A stretch of DNA of 64,000 nucleotides, taken from NCBI GenBank assembly GCA_039715015.1, contig JBDLIE010000001.1, positions 32,001 through 96,000 of the forward strand, given 5' to 3'. Below are positions 39,962-50,315 of the stretch, in pieces. A program made the position numbers and the translations under genes. Source of the stretch: Thermodesulfobacteriota bacterium. Lineage in GTDB: Bacteria; Desulfobacterota; Desulfobulbia; Desulfobulbales; SURF-16. Positions within the stretch are counted from its first letter, which is position 1, and each line of letters opens with the position of its first letter. The notes beneath the pieces were generated by a model, which did no database searches, was not told the origin of the DNA, and saw only the letters and a program-made list of their open reading frames with translations.

Positions 39962-40357
39962 TCAGTAGTTATGGTAGGCATCCTGGCTAAAGGCGGCAAA
40001 CCGAAAGAGATAGTCGTTAAGCCTGAGTTGTTGATCAAGTGTCATGCCATCCCAGGATCCATCTTTGGCACATTTGACCTTACGTTGGGCAAACACCCTG
40101 TTCCATCCTTTAGATGTTTTTGATTCCACATAGAGAAAAGGGGCCTTGTCGTTTTTACGGTTATGACATTTCTTGCAAATTTGACTGAAGGTTTTGCCGC
40201 CTATCCCCCAAGGCCGACTGTCCCACTCCAGTTGGCCATCACCAAAATTGCGGCATTGTTTTGTTGTGTAATCGAAGCGGACTTCCGGGTTAGCGAATGC
40301 GAGCGGAACAAAGGTGAGTGAAGTCAATAATAGGACTGCCAATACTCTCGAATTCAT
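39962..40357 (-). CDS. Small periplasmic monoheme c-type cytochrome
   Basis: Signal peptide, CKKCH, APFLYVESKTSKGWNRVF; paralog of 9569..9976. Confidence 0.75.
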   Translation of the reverse strand: MNSRVLAVLLLTSLTFVPLAFANPEVRFDYTTKQCRNFGDGQLEWDSRPWGIGGKTFSQICKKCHNRKNDKAPFLYVESKTSKGWNRVFAQRKVKCAKDGSWDGMTLDQQLRLNDYLFRFAAFSQDAYHNY

Positions 40358-40509
40358 AATGTCTCCTGAGGGAAAAATCTATGATCACTGACTGTTACGG
40401 ATGACTTTACATATGTTTATACATTATCCATTGTTAATGTTTTATAAAAGTGGCAGATGCGACACAAATGGGTGGTGAATGCGCCACCCAAAGGAAAAAT
40501 ACCGGAGAA

Positions 40510-41514
40510 ATGTATATGAAACGAGTTACCATTCTTGCCCTTGACGATGCGGCAGCAACCACAATTACCGGCCCCTATGACTCCTTTTGTCTTACAGGTG
40601 TTATCTGGAATATTGGTCAAGGGCAGGATATTATGCCTGAATTTGAAGTGGAAATTGTTACTCCCACAGGTGACCCGGCCCGGTGCATGAATAATCTTAC
40701 TATTATGCCTCATCGGGCCATGGCCGAAGTGCAGGAAACTGATTTGGTTTTGGTGTCATCGGTCCTTGACATTCACAACACTCTTGCCCGCCAGGGTGAG
40801 ATTGTTGACTGGTTACGAAAACGATATGAGGCTGGCGCTATGTTGGCTTCTGTCTGTACAGGTACTTTTGCCTTGGCGGAAACAGGTCTCTTGGATGGCA
40901 AGATTGCCACAACCCATTGGCGCGCTGCCGACGAATTCAAGTCACTCTACCCCAAAGTTCAATTGAAGCCTGAGCGTCTCATTACTGATGCAGGAGATAT
41001 ATTCTGTTCCGGCGGTTTTAATTCGTCGGTTGATTTGGCAAATTATTTGATAGAGAAAATGTGTGGTCGGGAAATTGCTATTCAGTGTGCCAAATCTCTG
41101 GTTATTGATAGAGGCCGAGTCTCGCAGACTCCATACTCTGTGTTTCATTTTCAGCGGGAACACAACGATGATCAGATTCTCAAAATTCAGGACACCCTGG
41201 AAAGGAACTTTAGTAAAGATATTGATCTTGATTATTTGTCGCAAAAGCACGGGATGGGCCGACGCACAATGGAGCGAAGGTTTAAGGCTTCAACAGGTGA
41301 CACCCCACTCATGTATCTGCAAAGGGTTAGGGTGGAAGAAGCAAAAAGGAATCTTGAGTCAAAGGACATGACCTTTGGGGAGATCAGCTATCTTGTCGGT
41401 TACGAAGACACCTCTTTCTTTAGGAAGATTTTTATTAAACATACTACCATGCGTCCCACCGAATATCGTTCTAAGTTTGTCAAGGTGGTGAATTTCGGTA
41501 CCCAAATCCAATAG
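40510..41514 (+). CDS. GlxA-family transcriptional regulator (DJ-1/PfpI + AraC HTH)
   Basis: SVCTGTFALAETGLLDGKIATTHW, RRTMERRFK, VGYEDTSFFRKIF; start 40510 or 40516. Confidence 0.9.
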   Translation: MYMKRVTILALDDAAATTITGPYDSFCLTGVIWNIGQGQDIMPEFEVEIVTPTGDPARCMNNLTIMPHRAMAEVQETDLVLVSSVLDIHNTLARQGEIVDWLRKRYEAGAMLASVCTGTFALAETGLLDGKIATTHWRAADEFKSLYPKVQLKPERLITDAGDIFCSGGFNSSVDLANYLIEKMCGREIAIQCAKSLVIDRGRVSQTPYSVFHFQREHNDDQILKIQDTLERNFSKDIDLDYLSQKHGMGRRTMERRFKASTGDTPLMYLQRVRVEEAKRNLESKDMTFGEISYLVGYEDTSFFRKIFIKHTTMRPTEYRSKFVKVVNFGTQIQ

Positions 41515-41531
41515 GCACACGAATGCGGTCA

Positions 41532-42356
41532 TCAATGGTGGATATTGGCCGCCATGATTTTCTGCCGGTCATTAATCATGGTGCGGATCAGGAAAGTGCG
41601 GCGGCGGGCCTCTTCAAGATCGGCGTTAAGGGTAAGGGCTGCTTCATAGGACGCCAGGGCCTCATTGAGCCACAGGCCGTCGAAATAACTTTTGGCAATC
41701 AAAAGATAACCGGTCTCTGGTTGGTGGGGGAAAAGTTCAGCAAAAAGCTGCTCCACAGATTCACTCCACATTTCCTGGCTGATCTCAGGTTTTTCCAAGA
41801 GGAGGCGGAGGAGAAGCACGTTCTGCCCTTGGCTGGGCAGGAGCATGCGGAGCAGAAAATTGGCGCGATTAAAGAGAAAGGAGAGATTGTCCACCTGGCG
41901 CCGGGCCTCTCTGATTATTCCCCTCATGAAGTTTTTTCGGCTGACCCCGCAATGGAGGGAAGGATCAGTGCTGCCATTCCCCTCTAAGGTCGGTCCTGCC
42001 GGGCCGTAAAACTGGTACATGTAGATATTTTCCTTAAGCTTCATTGCTTCATGGAAAACAGAACCGATAACCCAGTCGAGGAGTAGGCCGTTTTGCTGGC
42101 TGTTCTCCTGGAAAAGGCGATGGCAATGGTCTTTAAGCTGCCAGAGACGCCCTTTGTGGACTTCGGTGCCTACTAAATGGACGAGTTCGTCAAAATTAAT
42201 TTTCCCGTCAGCAATATAACCCTGATAGAGGGTGACAAAGGTTGCGTAGGTTTTGAAGAAGCCTCTGTAGAGAGAACGGATGTGGAAATCCCTTCTCTTT
42301 TCAAACCATCTGTTGGCCGGTTCCGGCGTTTTGTTTTCAATCCTTACTCTTTGCAC
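41532..42356 (-). CDS. Hypothetical protein with C-terminal TPR-like helices
   Basis: GTG 42356 after AGGAGG, coupled to the glgA stop; LWQLKDHCHRLF, IGSVFHEAMKLKENIY. Confidence 0.65.
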   Translation of the reverse strand: MQRVRIENKTPEPANRWFEKRRDFHIRSLYRGFFKTYATFVTLYQGYIADGKINFDELVHLVGTEVHKGRLWQLKDHCHRLFQENSQQNGLLLDWVIGSVFHEAMKLKENIYMYQFYGPAGPTLEGNGSTDPSLHCGVSRKNFMRGIIREARRQVDNLSFLFNRANFLLRMLLPSQGQNVLLLRLLLEKPEISQEMWSESVEQLFAELFPHQPETGYLLIAKSYFDGLWLNEALASYEAALTLNADLEEARRRTFLIRTMINDRQKIMAANIHH

Positions 42357-43930
42357 AAGGCCTCCTGGTACAAGTCCATATATCGTAGCATAATTTTGTC
42401 CCAGGTGTATTGTTTTGCGATGGTCTGCACGGCCTTTTTTTGCATGGTGGCAATCTGGGCCGGTTTCTTGTGATAGGTGGCAAGAGCTCGTTTGATGGCG
42501 CTGATAAGGGCCTTTGCAGAGTGGTCTTGATAGGCAAAGCCTGTTTTGTTGTCCTCCACCTTCACCAGGCCGCCGACGTGATGGACGATGGGTAGATTGC
42601 CAAAGAGCTGGGCAATATAATCGGTGAGCCCGCACGGTTCATACTTGGATGGTATAACGAAAAAATCCCCTGCAGCATAGACCTGGTGGGCCAGTTGCTG
42701 ATCATATCCCTCAAGGACGCAGACCCGGCCATTATAGGCCTTTTCCCTGGTCAGGGAGATCAGGCCCTGGGCAATAGGCTTTTCGCCGGAGCCTAAAATA
42801 AGGGCCTGGAAATTCTTTTCCGTGGGCAGGAGAAGATGGAGGGCCTCAACAAATTTATCCATGCCCTTTTGTCCTGAGAAACGGCCAATCACCGTGAGCA
42901 GGGGCTGGTTGCTGCCGGGCTTAAGGCTGCCATGCTGGCTGATGGCCTTAAATTCTTTTTTGGCCAGTGCTTTCTCAAGCCGGTTCCGGCATATTTTTTT
43001 GCCGTCAAGGTCCCCTTTAGCCACAGAAAAAGGGGCCGGCAGGCCGAGTCTGTCCGGGTCTTTGGTGTCAAAGTCAGCGGGGTTGATGCCGTTGGTGATA
43101 CCCTCGATCTTGATATTGCGGCTCATCAGAAAATGACCGAGCCAGCCTGTCAGCTCATCGTCATCTGTTTCCCGCAACTCGCGGGCGTAATTCTCACTCA
43201 CCGTGTTGAGCTTACAGTAGCGGGAGGCGGCGACAAAGGGGTCAAAATCACCATCAAGGAGGTTCTTGTTGACAAAGCTGCGGGCCAGGCCGGTGATGGC
43301 CTGGGCATAGGGCAGGTCACCCACCTCCTGGTGATAACCCAGGCCGGCATTATGGATGGTCACCACAAAACCGGTGTTGCGGAAAAAATGGCGAAAGCCG
43401 TCACTCTCCCTGGCCATGGGCGGGATAAGGGCGGTGTGGCCATCGTGACAATGGATGATGTCCGGTCTTTCATGGCGATGCATGAGGTAGCACAGCGCGG
43501 CCTTCTGGAGCAGGATGTTCATGGAAAAATAATCATAATGGCCCTCACCGGCTCGTTTGAACGGGTCAAGTTTTTCATCGGCCTTGGTGTAGGTGTAAAT
43601 CGCCTGTTTACTCCGAAAGCGCAGGGCATCGACAAGGTAGATGGTGACCTCGCCCTTGCCCAGGGTATGGGTCTTTTTGCCCCAGATGACAACCTCTTCC
43701 TGCCGGTCCTGATTGGCATAGTTCATGGTCACCGGCAGGGTTGCCCTGACCCTGAACCCGAGAAGTTTCGGGGAAAGAAAACCGTAGCACGGGATGATTA
43801 CCGAGACCTTGGCCATTTTGCCTAAGGCTTCGGCAAGCTGCCGGCAGACGTCCTTAACGCCGCCGGCACCGGCCAGACCGTCATATTCGCGGGAGACAAA
43901 CCAGATGTTTTTTATCTTTCTTGGAGCCAT
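42344..43930 (-). CDS. glgA: Glycogen synthase
   Basis: AGGVKDV, IHCHDGH, TIHN, NTVSENYA, PSKYEPCGLT. Confidence 0.88.
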   Translation of the reverse strand: MAPRKIKNIWFVSREYDGLAGAGGVKDVCRQLAEALGKMAKVSVIIPCYGFLSPKLLGFRVRATLPVTMNYANQDRQEEVVIWGKKTHTLGKGEVTIYLVDALRFRSKQAIYTYTKADEKLDPFKRAGEGHYDYFSMNILLQKAALCYLMHRHERPDIIHCHDGHTALIPPMARESDGFRHFFRNTGFVVTIHNAGLGYHQEVGDLPYAQAITGLARSFVNKNLLDGDFDPFVAASRYCKLNTVSENYARELRETDDDELTGWLGHFLMSRNIKIEGITNGINPADFDTKDPDRLGLPAPFSVAKGDLDGKKICRNRLEKALAKKEFKAISQHGSLKPGSNQPLLTVIGRFSGQKGMDKFVEALHLLLPTEKNFQALILGSGEKPIAQGLISLTREKAYNGRVCVLEGYDQQLAHQVYAAGDFFVIPSKYEPCGLTDYIAQLFGNLPIVHHVGGLVKVEDNKTGFAYQDHSAKALISAIKRALATYHKKPAQIATMQKKAVQTIAKQYTWDKIMLRYMDLYQEALCKE

Positions 43931-43967
43931 TTTTTACTTGAGGAGATGGAGATATGTTTTTTGGGTT

Positions 43968-44078
43968 AACCACAGGGACACAAAGATACAGAGGTTTTTT
44001 GTAAGGCTTCTTTGCAGGCTTGAGTCATTCGCCATGTCTTGTGATGCCATGAAAAAAAGCATCTTTGTGTCTCTGTGC
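43968..44078. repeat. Intergenic imperfect inverted repeat (REP-like)
   Basis: CACAGGGACACAAAGAT ... ATCTTTGTGTCTCTGTG. Confidence 0.55.
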
Positions 44079-44113
44079 TGCAAAACGAAACATTTTACTT
44101 CCCCTGCGCTTTC

Positions 44114-45184
44114 TTACTCGGTGTCCGGGATCAGGTCGCCGGCTTGCTGGCGCATGAGGTGATCGGCCAGGGTCAGGCAGACCATGGATTCGCAGACCGG
44201 GATGATGCGGGGGATGGCTGAAATGTCATGGCGGCCGCCGATCTTGATCTCCACCTCTTCGTTATCCAGGTTGACAGTCTTTTGGGGTTTGCCGATGGAG
44301 GGGATGGGTTTCACCGCCACCCGGCTGACAATGGGATCACCGTTTGAGATGCCGGCCAGGATGCCGCCGGAATTATTGGAGTTGAAACCCTCGGGGCTGA
44401 GGGCGTCATTATTCTCGGAGCCTTTCATGAGACTGGCGGCAAACCCGGAGCCGATTTCCACCCCTTTCACAGCACCGATGGACATCAGGGCCCCGGCAAG
44501 ATCAGCGTCAAGTTTATTGAAAACCGGTTCCCCAAGGCCCGCCGGACAGCCGGTGGCAGTGATCTCAACAATGCCGCCCAGGGTGTCGCCCTCCTTGCGG
44601 ACCTCGGCGATGCGTGCTTCCATTTTTTCGGCCGCAGCATTATCAGGGCAACAGAGGCGATTTTCAGAGAGGGCCTCAAGCTGAAAATTTTCGGCCATGA
44701 TACCGCCCAGGGCCAGGGTGTAAGCCATGACCTTAATGCCCTGGAACTGCAAAAGTTTACGGGCCACAGCTCCAGCTGCCACTCGAGCCGCTGTCTCCCG
44801 GGCCGAGGCCCGGCCGCCACCACGGTGATCGCGGATGCCGTATTTGCAGAAATAGGAAAAGTCGCCATGACCGGGACGGAATATCTCTTTGAGATGGTCG
44901 TAGGACTTGGAGTGGGCATCCTTATTATAAATGACCAGGGTCAGGGGGGTACCGGTGGTTAGCCCTTCAAAGATGCCGGAGAGAATCTCAACCTTGTCCG
45001 GCTCCTTGCGGGGGCTGGTGGCGCCGCCCTTGCCGGGCCGTCGCCGTTCCAGGTCCTGTTGGATATCCTCCGGGCTCAAGGGAATGCCGGCCGGGCATCC
45101 GTCAATGGTAGCACCAATGGCTGTGCCGTGGGACTCGCCCCAGGTAGTGACTCTAAAGATTTGACCAAATGTATTTCCTGCCAT
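44114..45184 (-). CDS. aroC: Chorismate synthase
   Basis: TTWGESHG, RPGHGD, GGGRASARETAARVAAG, GRHD. Confidence 0.97.
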   Translation of the reverse strand: MAGNTFGQIFRVTTWGESHGTAIGATIDGCPAGIPLSPEDIQQDLERRRPGKGGATSPRKEPDKVEILSGIFEGLTTGTPLTLVIYNKDAHSKSYDHLKEIFRPGHGDFSYFCKYGIRDHRGGGRASARETAARVAAGAVARKLLQFQGIKVMAYTLALGGIMAENFQLEALSENRLCCPDNAAAEKMEARIAEVRKEGDTLGGIVEITATGCPAGLGEPVFNKLDADLAGALMSIGAVKGVEIGSGFAASLMKGSENNDALSPEGFNSNNSGGILAGISNGDPIVSRVAVKPIPSIGKPQKTVNLDNEEVEIKIGGRHDISAIPRIIPVCESMVCLTLADHLMRQQAGDLIPDTE

Positions 45185-45234
45185 GATTATGTCCTTATAT
45201 ATGTACTGGGTTATGCAAGCAGAGGAGGTTGAAG

Positions 45235-45768
45235 TTAGCTTTTTCCTTGGAAACGGGTGAGGATCTTGTCGACAATATCCTCCATGCTGCCGGTGGCGTC
45301 AAGCTCTAGATGGCAGCCATGGCGGTAAAGGGGCGTTCTCTCCTTGAGAACCTCGGCAACTTCTTGGTAGATATCCTGGCCGCTTAAAGAGGGACGTTGA
45401 CTTGATGTGGCCTTATCGGCGGCCAGGCGGCTATATATGGTTTCTATGTCCGCCTTCAGCCAGACCACAAAGGAGTTTTCTTTGATCCCCGCCCAGATAT
45501 CCTGATGCAAAATAGCGCCGCCGCCACAGGCAATGATTTGACCGGGCTTCTTTGTCAGCTCAAGAAGTATGTTTTTTTCTTTGGTCCGAAAGGCGTTCCA
45601 GCCCCTGGCTTCCACCATGGCTGAAATGCTCTGGCCTGCTTTTTTTTCAACGGCATGATCAGAATCGACAAAGGGACGGTTTAGTTTTTTCGCTATTATT
45701 TTGCCGACACTGGTTTTGCCGGTTGCCCGGTAGCCGATGAGGACGATGTTTTTATCTTTTATAGACAT
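45235..45768 (-). CDS. aroK: Shikimate kinase
   Basis: GYRATGKT, ACGGG, QRPSL, ERTPLY; could equally be called aroL. Confidence 0.9.
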   Translation of the reverse strand: MSIKDKNIVLIGYRATGKTSVGKIIAKKLNRPFVDSDHAVEKKAGQSISAMVEARGWNAFRTKEKNILLELTKKPGQIIACGGGAILHQDIWAGIKENSFVVWLKADIETIYSRLAADKATSSQRPSLSGQDIYQEVAEVLKERTPLYRHGCHLELDATGSMEDIVDKILTRFQGKS

Positions 45769-46028
45769 ATTTTTTAAGGCTCGGATTTAGCAGGGCGAAA
45801 TTTTTTAAAAAGTATGGTGGGCCGGAGGAGTACCTGTTGTACCATAAAAAATGTAATAGAAAAAACCATGGGAGAAAAAGCCCTTTTTTCTTTGCCAGGC
45901 CGGGAAGGATGGCCTTTGGCGCTTTAACCAGAGAATTCTTGCATAGCCCTCAAACATTAGGTAATTTTATTTTTGGAGTTTGTTTTTTTTGCAGTCTCTT
46001 TTAATGGTTTACATGGGTCTCTGACATT

Positions 46029-47852
46029 ATGATGCAGCCTGTTGGACATTTTTACCAGAATCTCCCCTTTGCGGAACTGTTAAGGGAAGATGAGATTGTT
46101 ATCCTTGTTGATGACGACCCCATGATTCGTGAACCCCTGGCCGAGTTCCTTGGGGAAAGTGGTCTGCCGGTGAAGGGGGCCGACTCTGCTGCGAGCGTGC
46201 AAAAACTTTTGGGCGAACATAAGGTCGGTCTTGTTCTCCTTGATATAGGCCTTCCTGATCAGGACGGCGCATCTCTGATTCCTGAGATGGTGGCGGCCCA
46301 TCCAGACTTGGCCATTGTGATGCTTTCAGGTGTTGCCGATATTAATGTTGCCATTGAATGCATCCGCAGTGGTGCCGATGATTATCTGGCAAAGCCGGTT
46401 AAGTTCAACGAGATTCTCATTGTTGTCCGCAAGGCCTTGGTCAAACGTCGCCTTATCTATGAGAACAAAAAGTATCAGGATGATCTTGAGAAGGCAAATT
46501 TCCGTTTTAAGCTTCTCCATCAGCTCTCTCTGAAAATAAACTCGGTATACCTCACCACCACAGAGCTTGATAAGGTCCTCCATGCTATTTTGGTGGGTAT
46601 TACGGCCAATGAGGGGTTACGCTTCAACCGTGCTTTTCTGGCTCTCTTTGATGATGCCCAGGAACATCTCTGGGGTCGTCTGGCCATCGGGCCCAGTTGT
46701 AGGGAAGAGGCCGGGATTATCTGGGCTGAGCTACAGGAAAAGGGAGTTGATTTTCTCGACATGGTGGAAGGCCTGCACGACTGCGCTGCCCGGGATAACG
46801 CCATAAATGATATTGTTGAAAAGTTACAGGTCCCGGTGACCAGCAAGCAGGATATCCTTATCCGTTCGGCCATCGAGCGCCGCAGTTTTTTGGTCACCGG
46901 CGGCAAGTCTAATGTGGAGGTTGACCAAAATCTCATCGATCTTTTGGGCGAGGACAGTTTTGTGGTTGTGCCTCTCTTTTCACCCCGTGCGGCCTTGGGA
47001 GTGATCATTGCCGATAATTATGTAAACCGTAATCCCATCAGCGAAAATGATGTCACCATGCTGGAGCTTTTTGCCAGCCAGGTCAGCCTGGCCATTGAGC
47101 ATAGCAAGCTCCACAATGAGATGCAGAACAAGATTGGTGAGCTGGAGCAGGTTACCCATGAACTCGACAAGAACAAGGACCTTCTTGTTGAGGCTGAACG
47201 TTATTCCGCCCTGGGTCAAATGGCCGCCCAGATGGTCCATATTCTCCGCAATCCCATCACCTCCATTGGCGGGGTATGCCGGATTCTCTCCAAAAAGATT
47301 ACCGATGAAAGTTGGCAGCGCTATCTTGATGTGATGATAAAGGAAACAGCGCGTCTTGAAGGCACCCTGGGCGATCTTTTTGATTTCGTCAGCCGGGCAG
47401 AGCCCTTGAAGACAGAGGCCAGCCTTTTTCCGGAGATAAAAAAGACCCTGCTTCTGGTGCAGCCCACCATGCTCAAGCAGAATATTACCTGGGACCTTGA
47501 TTTGAAAGGGGAGGATGTCCTGGTCGATATGGATGTTCGCCAGATACGGCAGATGTTTCTCCATATCATCCGTAATGCCCTGGATGCCATGGAACAGGGC
47601 GGCCATCTTGAGGTGAGTGGCGAGGTCCTGGATGACAAGGTCCGTATCCGCATCGTTGATACGGGCATGGGGCTGTCTGATGCCAATCTGAGTCGGGCCC
47701 GGGACCCCTTTTTCACCACCAAGACTTATGGCAGCGGCATGGGGCTTGCCATGGTTGACCGGATCGTCGAAGGCCATAACGGCAACTTCAGCTTGAACCG
47801 TAAGGAAGAGGGCATGGAGGCTGTGGTGGAACTGCCGGTGGTGAGGAAATGA
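46029..47852 (+). CDS. Hybrid sensor kinase REC-GAF-HisKA-HATPase
   Basis: VDDD, LLDIGLPD, KP; GAF region; HILRNP; DTGMG, PFFTTK, GSGMGL. Confidence 0.92.
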   Translation: MMQPVGHFYQNLPFAELLREDEIVILVDDDPMIREPLAEFLGESGLPVKGADSAASVQKLLGEHKVGLVLLDIGLPDQDGASLIPEMVAAHPDLAIVMLSGVADINVAIECIRSGADDYLAKPVKFNEILIVVRKALVKRRLIYENKKYQDDLEKANFRFKLLHQLSLKINSVYLTTTELDKVLHAILVGITANEGLRFNRAFLALFDDAQEHLWGRLAIGPSCREEAGIIWAELQEKGVDFLDMVEGLHDCAARDNAINDIVEKLQVPVTSKQDILIRSAIERRSFLVTGGKSNVEVDQNLIDLLGEDSFVVVPLFSPRAALGVIIADNYVNRNPISENDVTMLELFASQVSLAIEHSKLHNEMQNKIGELEQVTHELDKNKDLLVEAERYSALGQMAAQMVHILRNPITSIGGVCRILSKKITDESWQRYLDVMIKETARLEGTLGDLFDFVSRAEPLKTEASLFPEIKKTLLLVQPTMLKQNITWDLDLKGEDVLVDMDVRQIRQMFLHIIRNALDAMEQGGHLEVSGEVLDDKVRIRIVDTGMGLSDANLSRARDPFFTTKTYGSGMGLAMVDRIVEGHNGNFSLNRKEEGMEAVVELPVVRK

Positions 47853-47885
47853 CCCTGGCCATTTTCCGGCCCAGGAAAATCCATT

Positions 47886-49781
47886 GTGAAGATAACAGAT
47901 CTTTTTACCCGCATCCCAAAAGGAAGTGCCGACACTGATGGCGGCAAGGTTTCTCGCCTTATTCAGCCGGTGCAACCTGTTGGCCTTGCCGGCAAACTGA
48001 ACCTGGTGCCGGGCCAACTCCTCCAAGGCGAAGTGGTGGGGGAAGATAGCAATGGCCTGCTTTTACTCAAGCTTGCCGGCGAGATTATTTCGGCCCGGAC
48101 TCCCATAAAGCTTGAGCCTGGCCAGCAGTTCTGGTTTGAGGTTAAGGAGGCCGGGGACAGTCCCCTGCTGAATTTGGCCTCTGGGAAAGGGGCCATCCAA
48201 GATCTGCTAAAAGAAATTATGGCGACCCGGCCGCTTCTGGTCAAAACGCAATCCTCTGTTGATGCGTCCCCTGCTTCACCTTCTGGGCCGCAATCCTCCA
48301 GGGCGCCACAACCATCCCCTTCTCCTGCGGCTCAGGCCTTGACTGAGGCAGCTTCTCCATCGGCAACATCATTCCCCGAGTTCCAGGAGCAAGATCAAAG
48401 TAAGGCTTCTGCCCAGGCTCCTACATCTCAAGCGGTGCAGACCAGTGACCGGGGTCTGCCGCTGTTGGCACGTGATGGAACATTGCCGCCGGAAAGCGTT
48501 CGCCTGGTCAGGGCCTTGGTTTCTCTGGTTAATTCGGGAAAGGGTGATATTTTTTCTCAGCAGGAAACGGTAGGTGCGCAGAAATTCCCACCCTTGATAA
48601 AAACCATTACCACCCTGATTCGAGATGAGCAGATCCCTCCCTCCCTCCAGAAGCTTGAAGGTTTTGGGCATGTTGTCCGGCCAGGTGTCAGGCCTGGATT
48701 GGAGGCTGGGCAGCCCCGGCAGGATTCTAGACCTGGCGTCGCCGAGGCTGGGAGCAAGGATGTACAATCCCCCCCGACGCCGGAAGGGGGGCGCTCTTCC
48801 CTTGCCAGCTCTGCGGCTTTTTCGTCGGCAGAGGCCGCACTGGCTCCTGGGACTATCAAAATACTTAATGCCCTGGTGGCGATTTCCGGGATAAGGCCAC
48901 CCACAGCAGAAAATCAGGGGCCGCTCCAACCGGTCGGCAATCCAGACCAAAATCTGGCGGAGATTCTATCCGTCATAGGGAGAGAGGGGAAGATTCCCAA
49001 GGCCCTGCAGCAGCTTGCTCCTTTGAGAATGTTGATGAATCCAGCGGCAAACATGAACGAAGGGCTGCTTGCCGGAGCCAAGCAGCCCTATGCTGGTCAA
49101 GAGAGCCAACCTGTGGGTGGGGGGGGAGGTTTAAGTTCGGCAGCTTTTCCTCTTCAATATGCTGCTGCCCAGCAGGGGGCGGAGCCGTTGCCTGGCCAAT
49201 TGCGCCTCCTTGCTTCACTTATGGGATTGGGGCCTAAGGCGAGTAGTTCTGCGGCATGGCATGAGATTGAAGAGATTCTGGTCCGCATACCTGAGGGAGA
49301 AATGCCTGCAGCCACCCGGAAATTTGCCTCTTTTTTTGAGGCGCACAGCAAGCTTAATGAAGAGTTGGCTGCTCCCACAGGAGGGCAGAGTGATTTTTAT
49401 ATTATGCCATCGGTGTTTGCCGGCCAAGCCGGCTGGGGGGAGTGGCTTTGGAGTAAAGAGGGGCCGCCAGCTGGCAACGACAGAAAAAGCCAGGAAAATC
49501 TGGTGTTTTTCCTGGAAATGAGTAATTTGGGTGCATTGACCATCCAGATTCTTCTTAGGGAGAAAAAGTTGCGGGGTCAAATCATTATGTCTGACCAAAA
49601 GGGCAGTGAACTTGTTGCCTCTTTACTACCTGGGCTCCAACCGCGTCTTGAGGCGTTAGGTTACGACATGGTGGATTTCTCCTGTACGTGTCAACCGGTT
49701 AACCTCATGCAGGAGCTGAAAGAGAATCTGCATGGACAGATTGGTTCTGGAGCGGTTTCTCTTCTTGACGTTCAGGTGTAG
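47886..49781 (+). CDS. FliK-like (hook-length control-like) protein
   Basis: Pro/Ala/Ser-rich middle; C-terminal LVFFLEMSNLGALTI...LQPRLEALGY...LLDVQV. Confidence 0.55.
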   Translation: MKITDLFTRIPKGSADTDGGKVSRLIQPVQPVGLAGKLNLVPGQLLQGEVVGEDSNGLLLLKLAGEIISARTPIKLEPGQQFWFEVKEAGDSPLLNLASGKGAIQDLLKEIMATRPLLVKTQSSVDASPASPSGPQSSRAPQPSPSPAAQALTEAASPSATSFPEFQEQDQSKASAQAPTSQAVQTSDRGLPLLARDGTLPPESVRLVRALVSLVNSGKGDIFSQQETVGAQKFPPLIKTITTLIRDEQIPPSLQKLEGFGHVVRPGVRPGLEAGQPRQDSRPGVAEAGSKDVQSPPTPEGGRSSLASSAAFSSAEAALAPGTIKILNALVAISGIRPPTAENQGPLQPVGNPDQNLAEILSVIGREGKIPKALQQLAPLRMLMNPAANMNEGLLAGAKQPYAGQESQPVGGGGGLSSAAFPLQYAAAQQGAEPLPGQLRLLASLMGLGPKASSSAAWHEIEEILVRIPEGEMPAATRKFASFFEAHSKLNEELAAPTGGQSDFYIMPSVFAGQAGWGEWLWSKEGPPAGNDRKSQENLVFFLEMSNLGALTIQILLREKKLRGQIIMSDQKGSELVASLLPGLQPRLEALGYDMVDFSCTCQPVNLMQELKENLHGQIGSGAVSLLDVQV

Positions 49782-49819
49782 AGCGAAATGCTATAAATAA
49801 AGATTGTAGGTCTGTTGAT

Positions 49820-50284
49820 ATGAAATGGCTTGTTGTACTTTTATTGGTTTTAGGTTGGAGCGGGGCGGCTTATGCTGATGATGAAGCCAAGATCATCCGC
49901 ATGAAGGGCCAGAATTATAAAATTTGGACGGACAAGAATGGTATCCGGCACATTGACCCTATCTATCTTGTTGAAAAGTCAGCAGGAGCCAAGGCGGCTG
50001 ATAAAAAAGAAGCAGTAGCGGCCAGCAAGGCCAAGGAAAAAGAGAAAGCTGTTAAGCCCGAAAAGGTCAAAGAGCCAGACCCCGCCGTCACAGTGGTGGA
50101 GGAAATGACTTATGATGCCTGTCGAGAGTCTCTTGCCGCTGCCGAGGCCATGGCCTCCGTCTATAATGTGGTTTTTGACTACCCCAAAGGGCAGAAGTTT
50201 ACAGTTCTCATGGTTGTGGACGAGAAAACCGTGCAGCTGAAATGTGAGTACGGAACCAGGGTCGCCACCACCTGGGATAAGTGA
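49820..50284 (+). CDS. Hypothetical secreted protein
   Basis: Signal peptide (AAYA), K/E/A-rich linker. Confidence 0.6.
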   Translation: MKWLVVLLLVLGWSGAAYADDEAKIIRMKGQNYKIWTDKNGIRHIDPIYLVEKSAGAKAADKKEAVAASKAKEKEKAVKPEKVKEPDPAVTVVEEMTYDACRESLAAAEAMASVYNVVFDYPKGQKFTVLMVVDEKTVQLKCEYGTRVATTWDK

Positions 50285-50315
50285 GAAAGAAATCAAAGCA
50301 GTGGCCTGCATCCTT

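Noticed and set aside
39930..39964. Possible Sec readthrough at the cytochrome c stop (TGA CGT TAG followed by a CTCCC-agtt-GGGAG hairpin on the minus strand)
   Set aside because: It would add only two residues, the paralog has no Cys there, and the hairpin adjoins a terminator.
42357..42635. N-terminal extension of the 367-aa ORF overlapping glgA
   Set aside because: A GTG at 42356 with AGGAGG gives a normal coupled start; the extension is an ORF-caller artefact.
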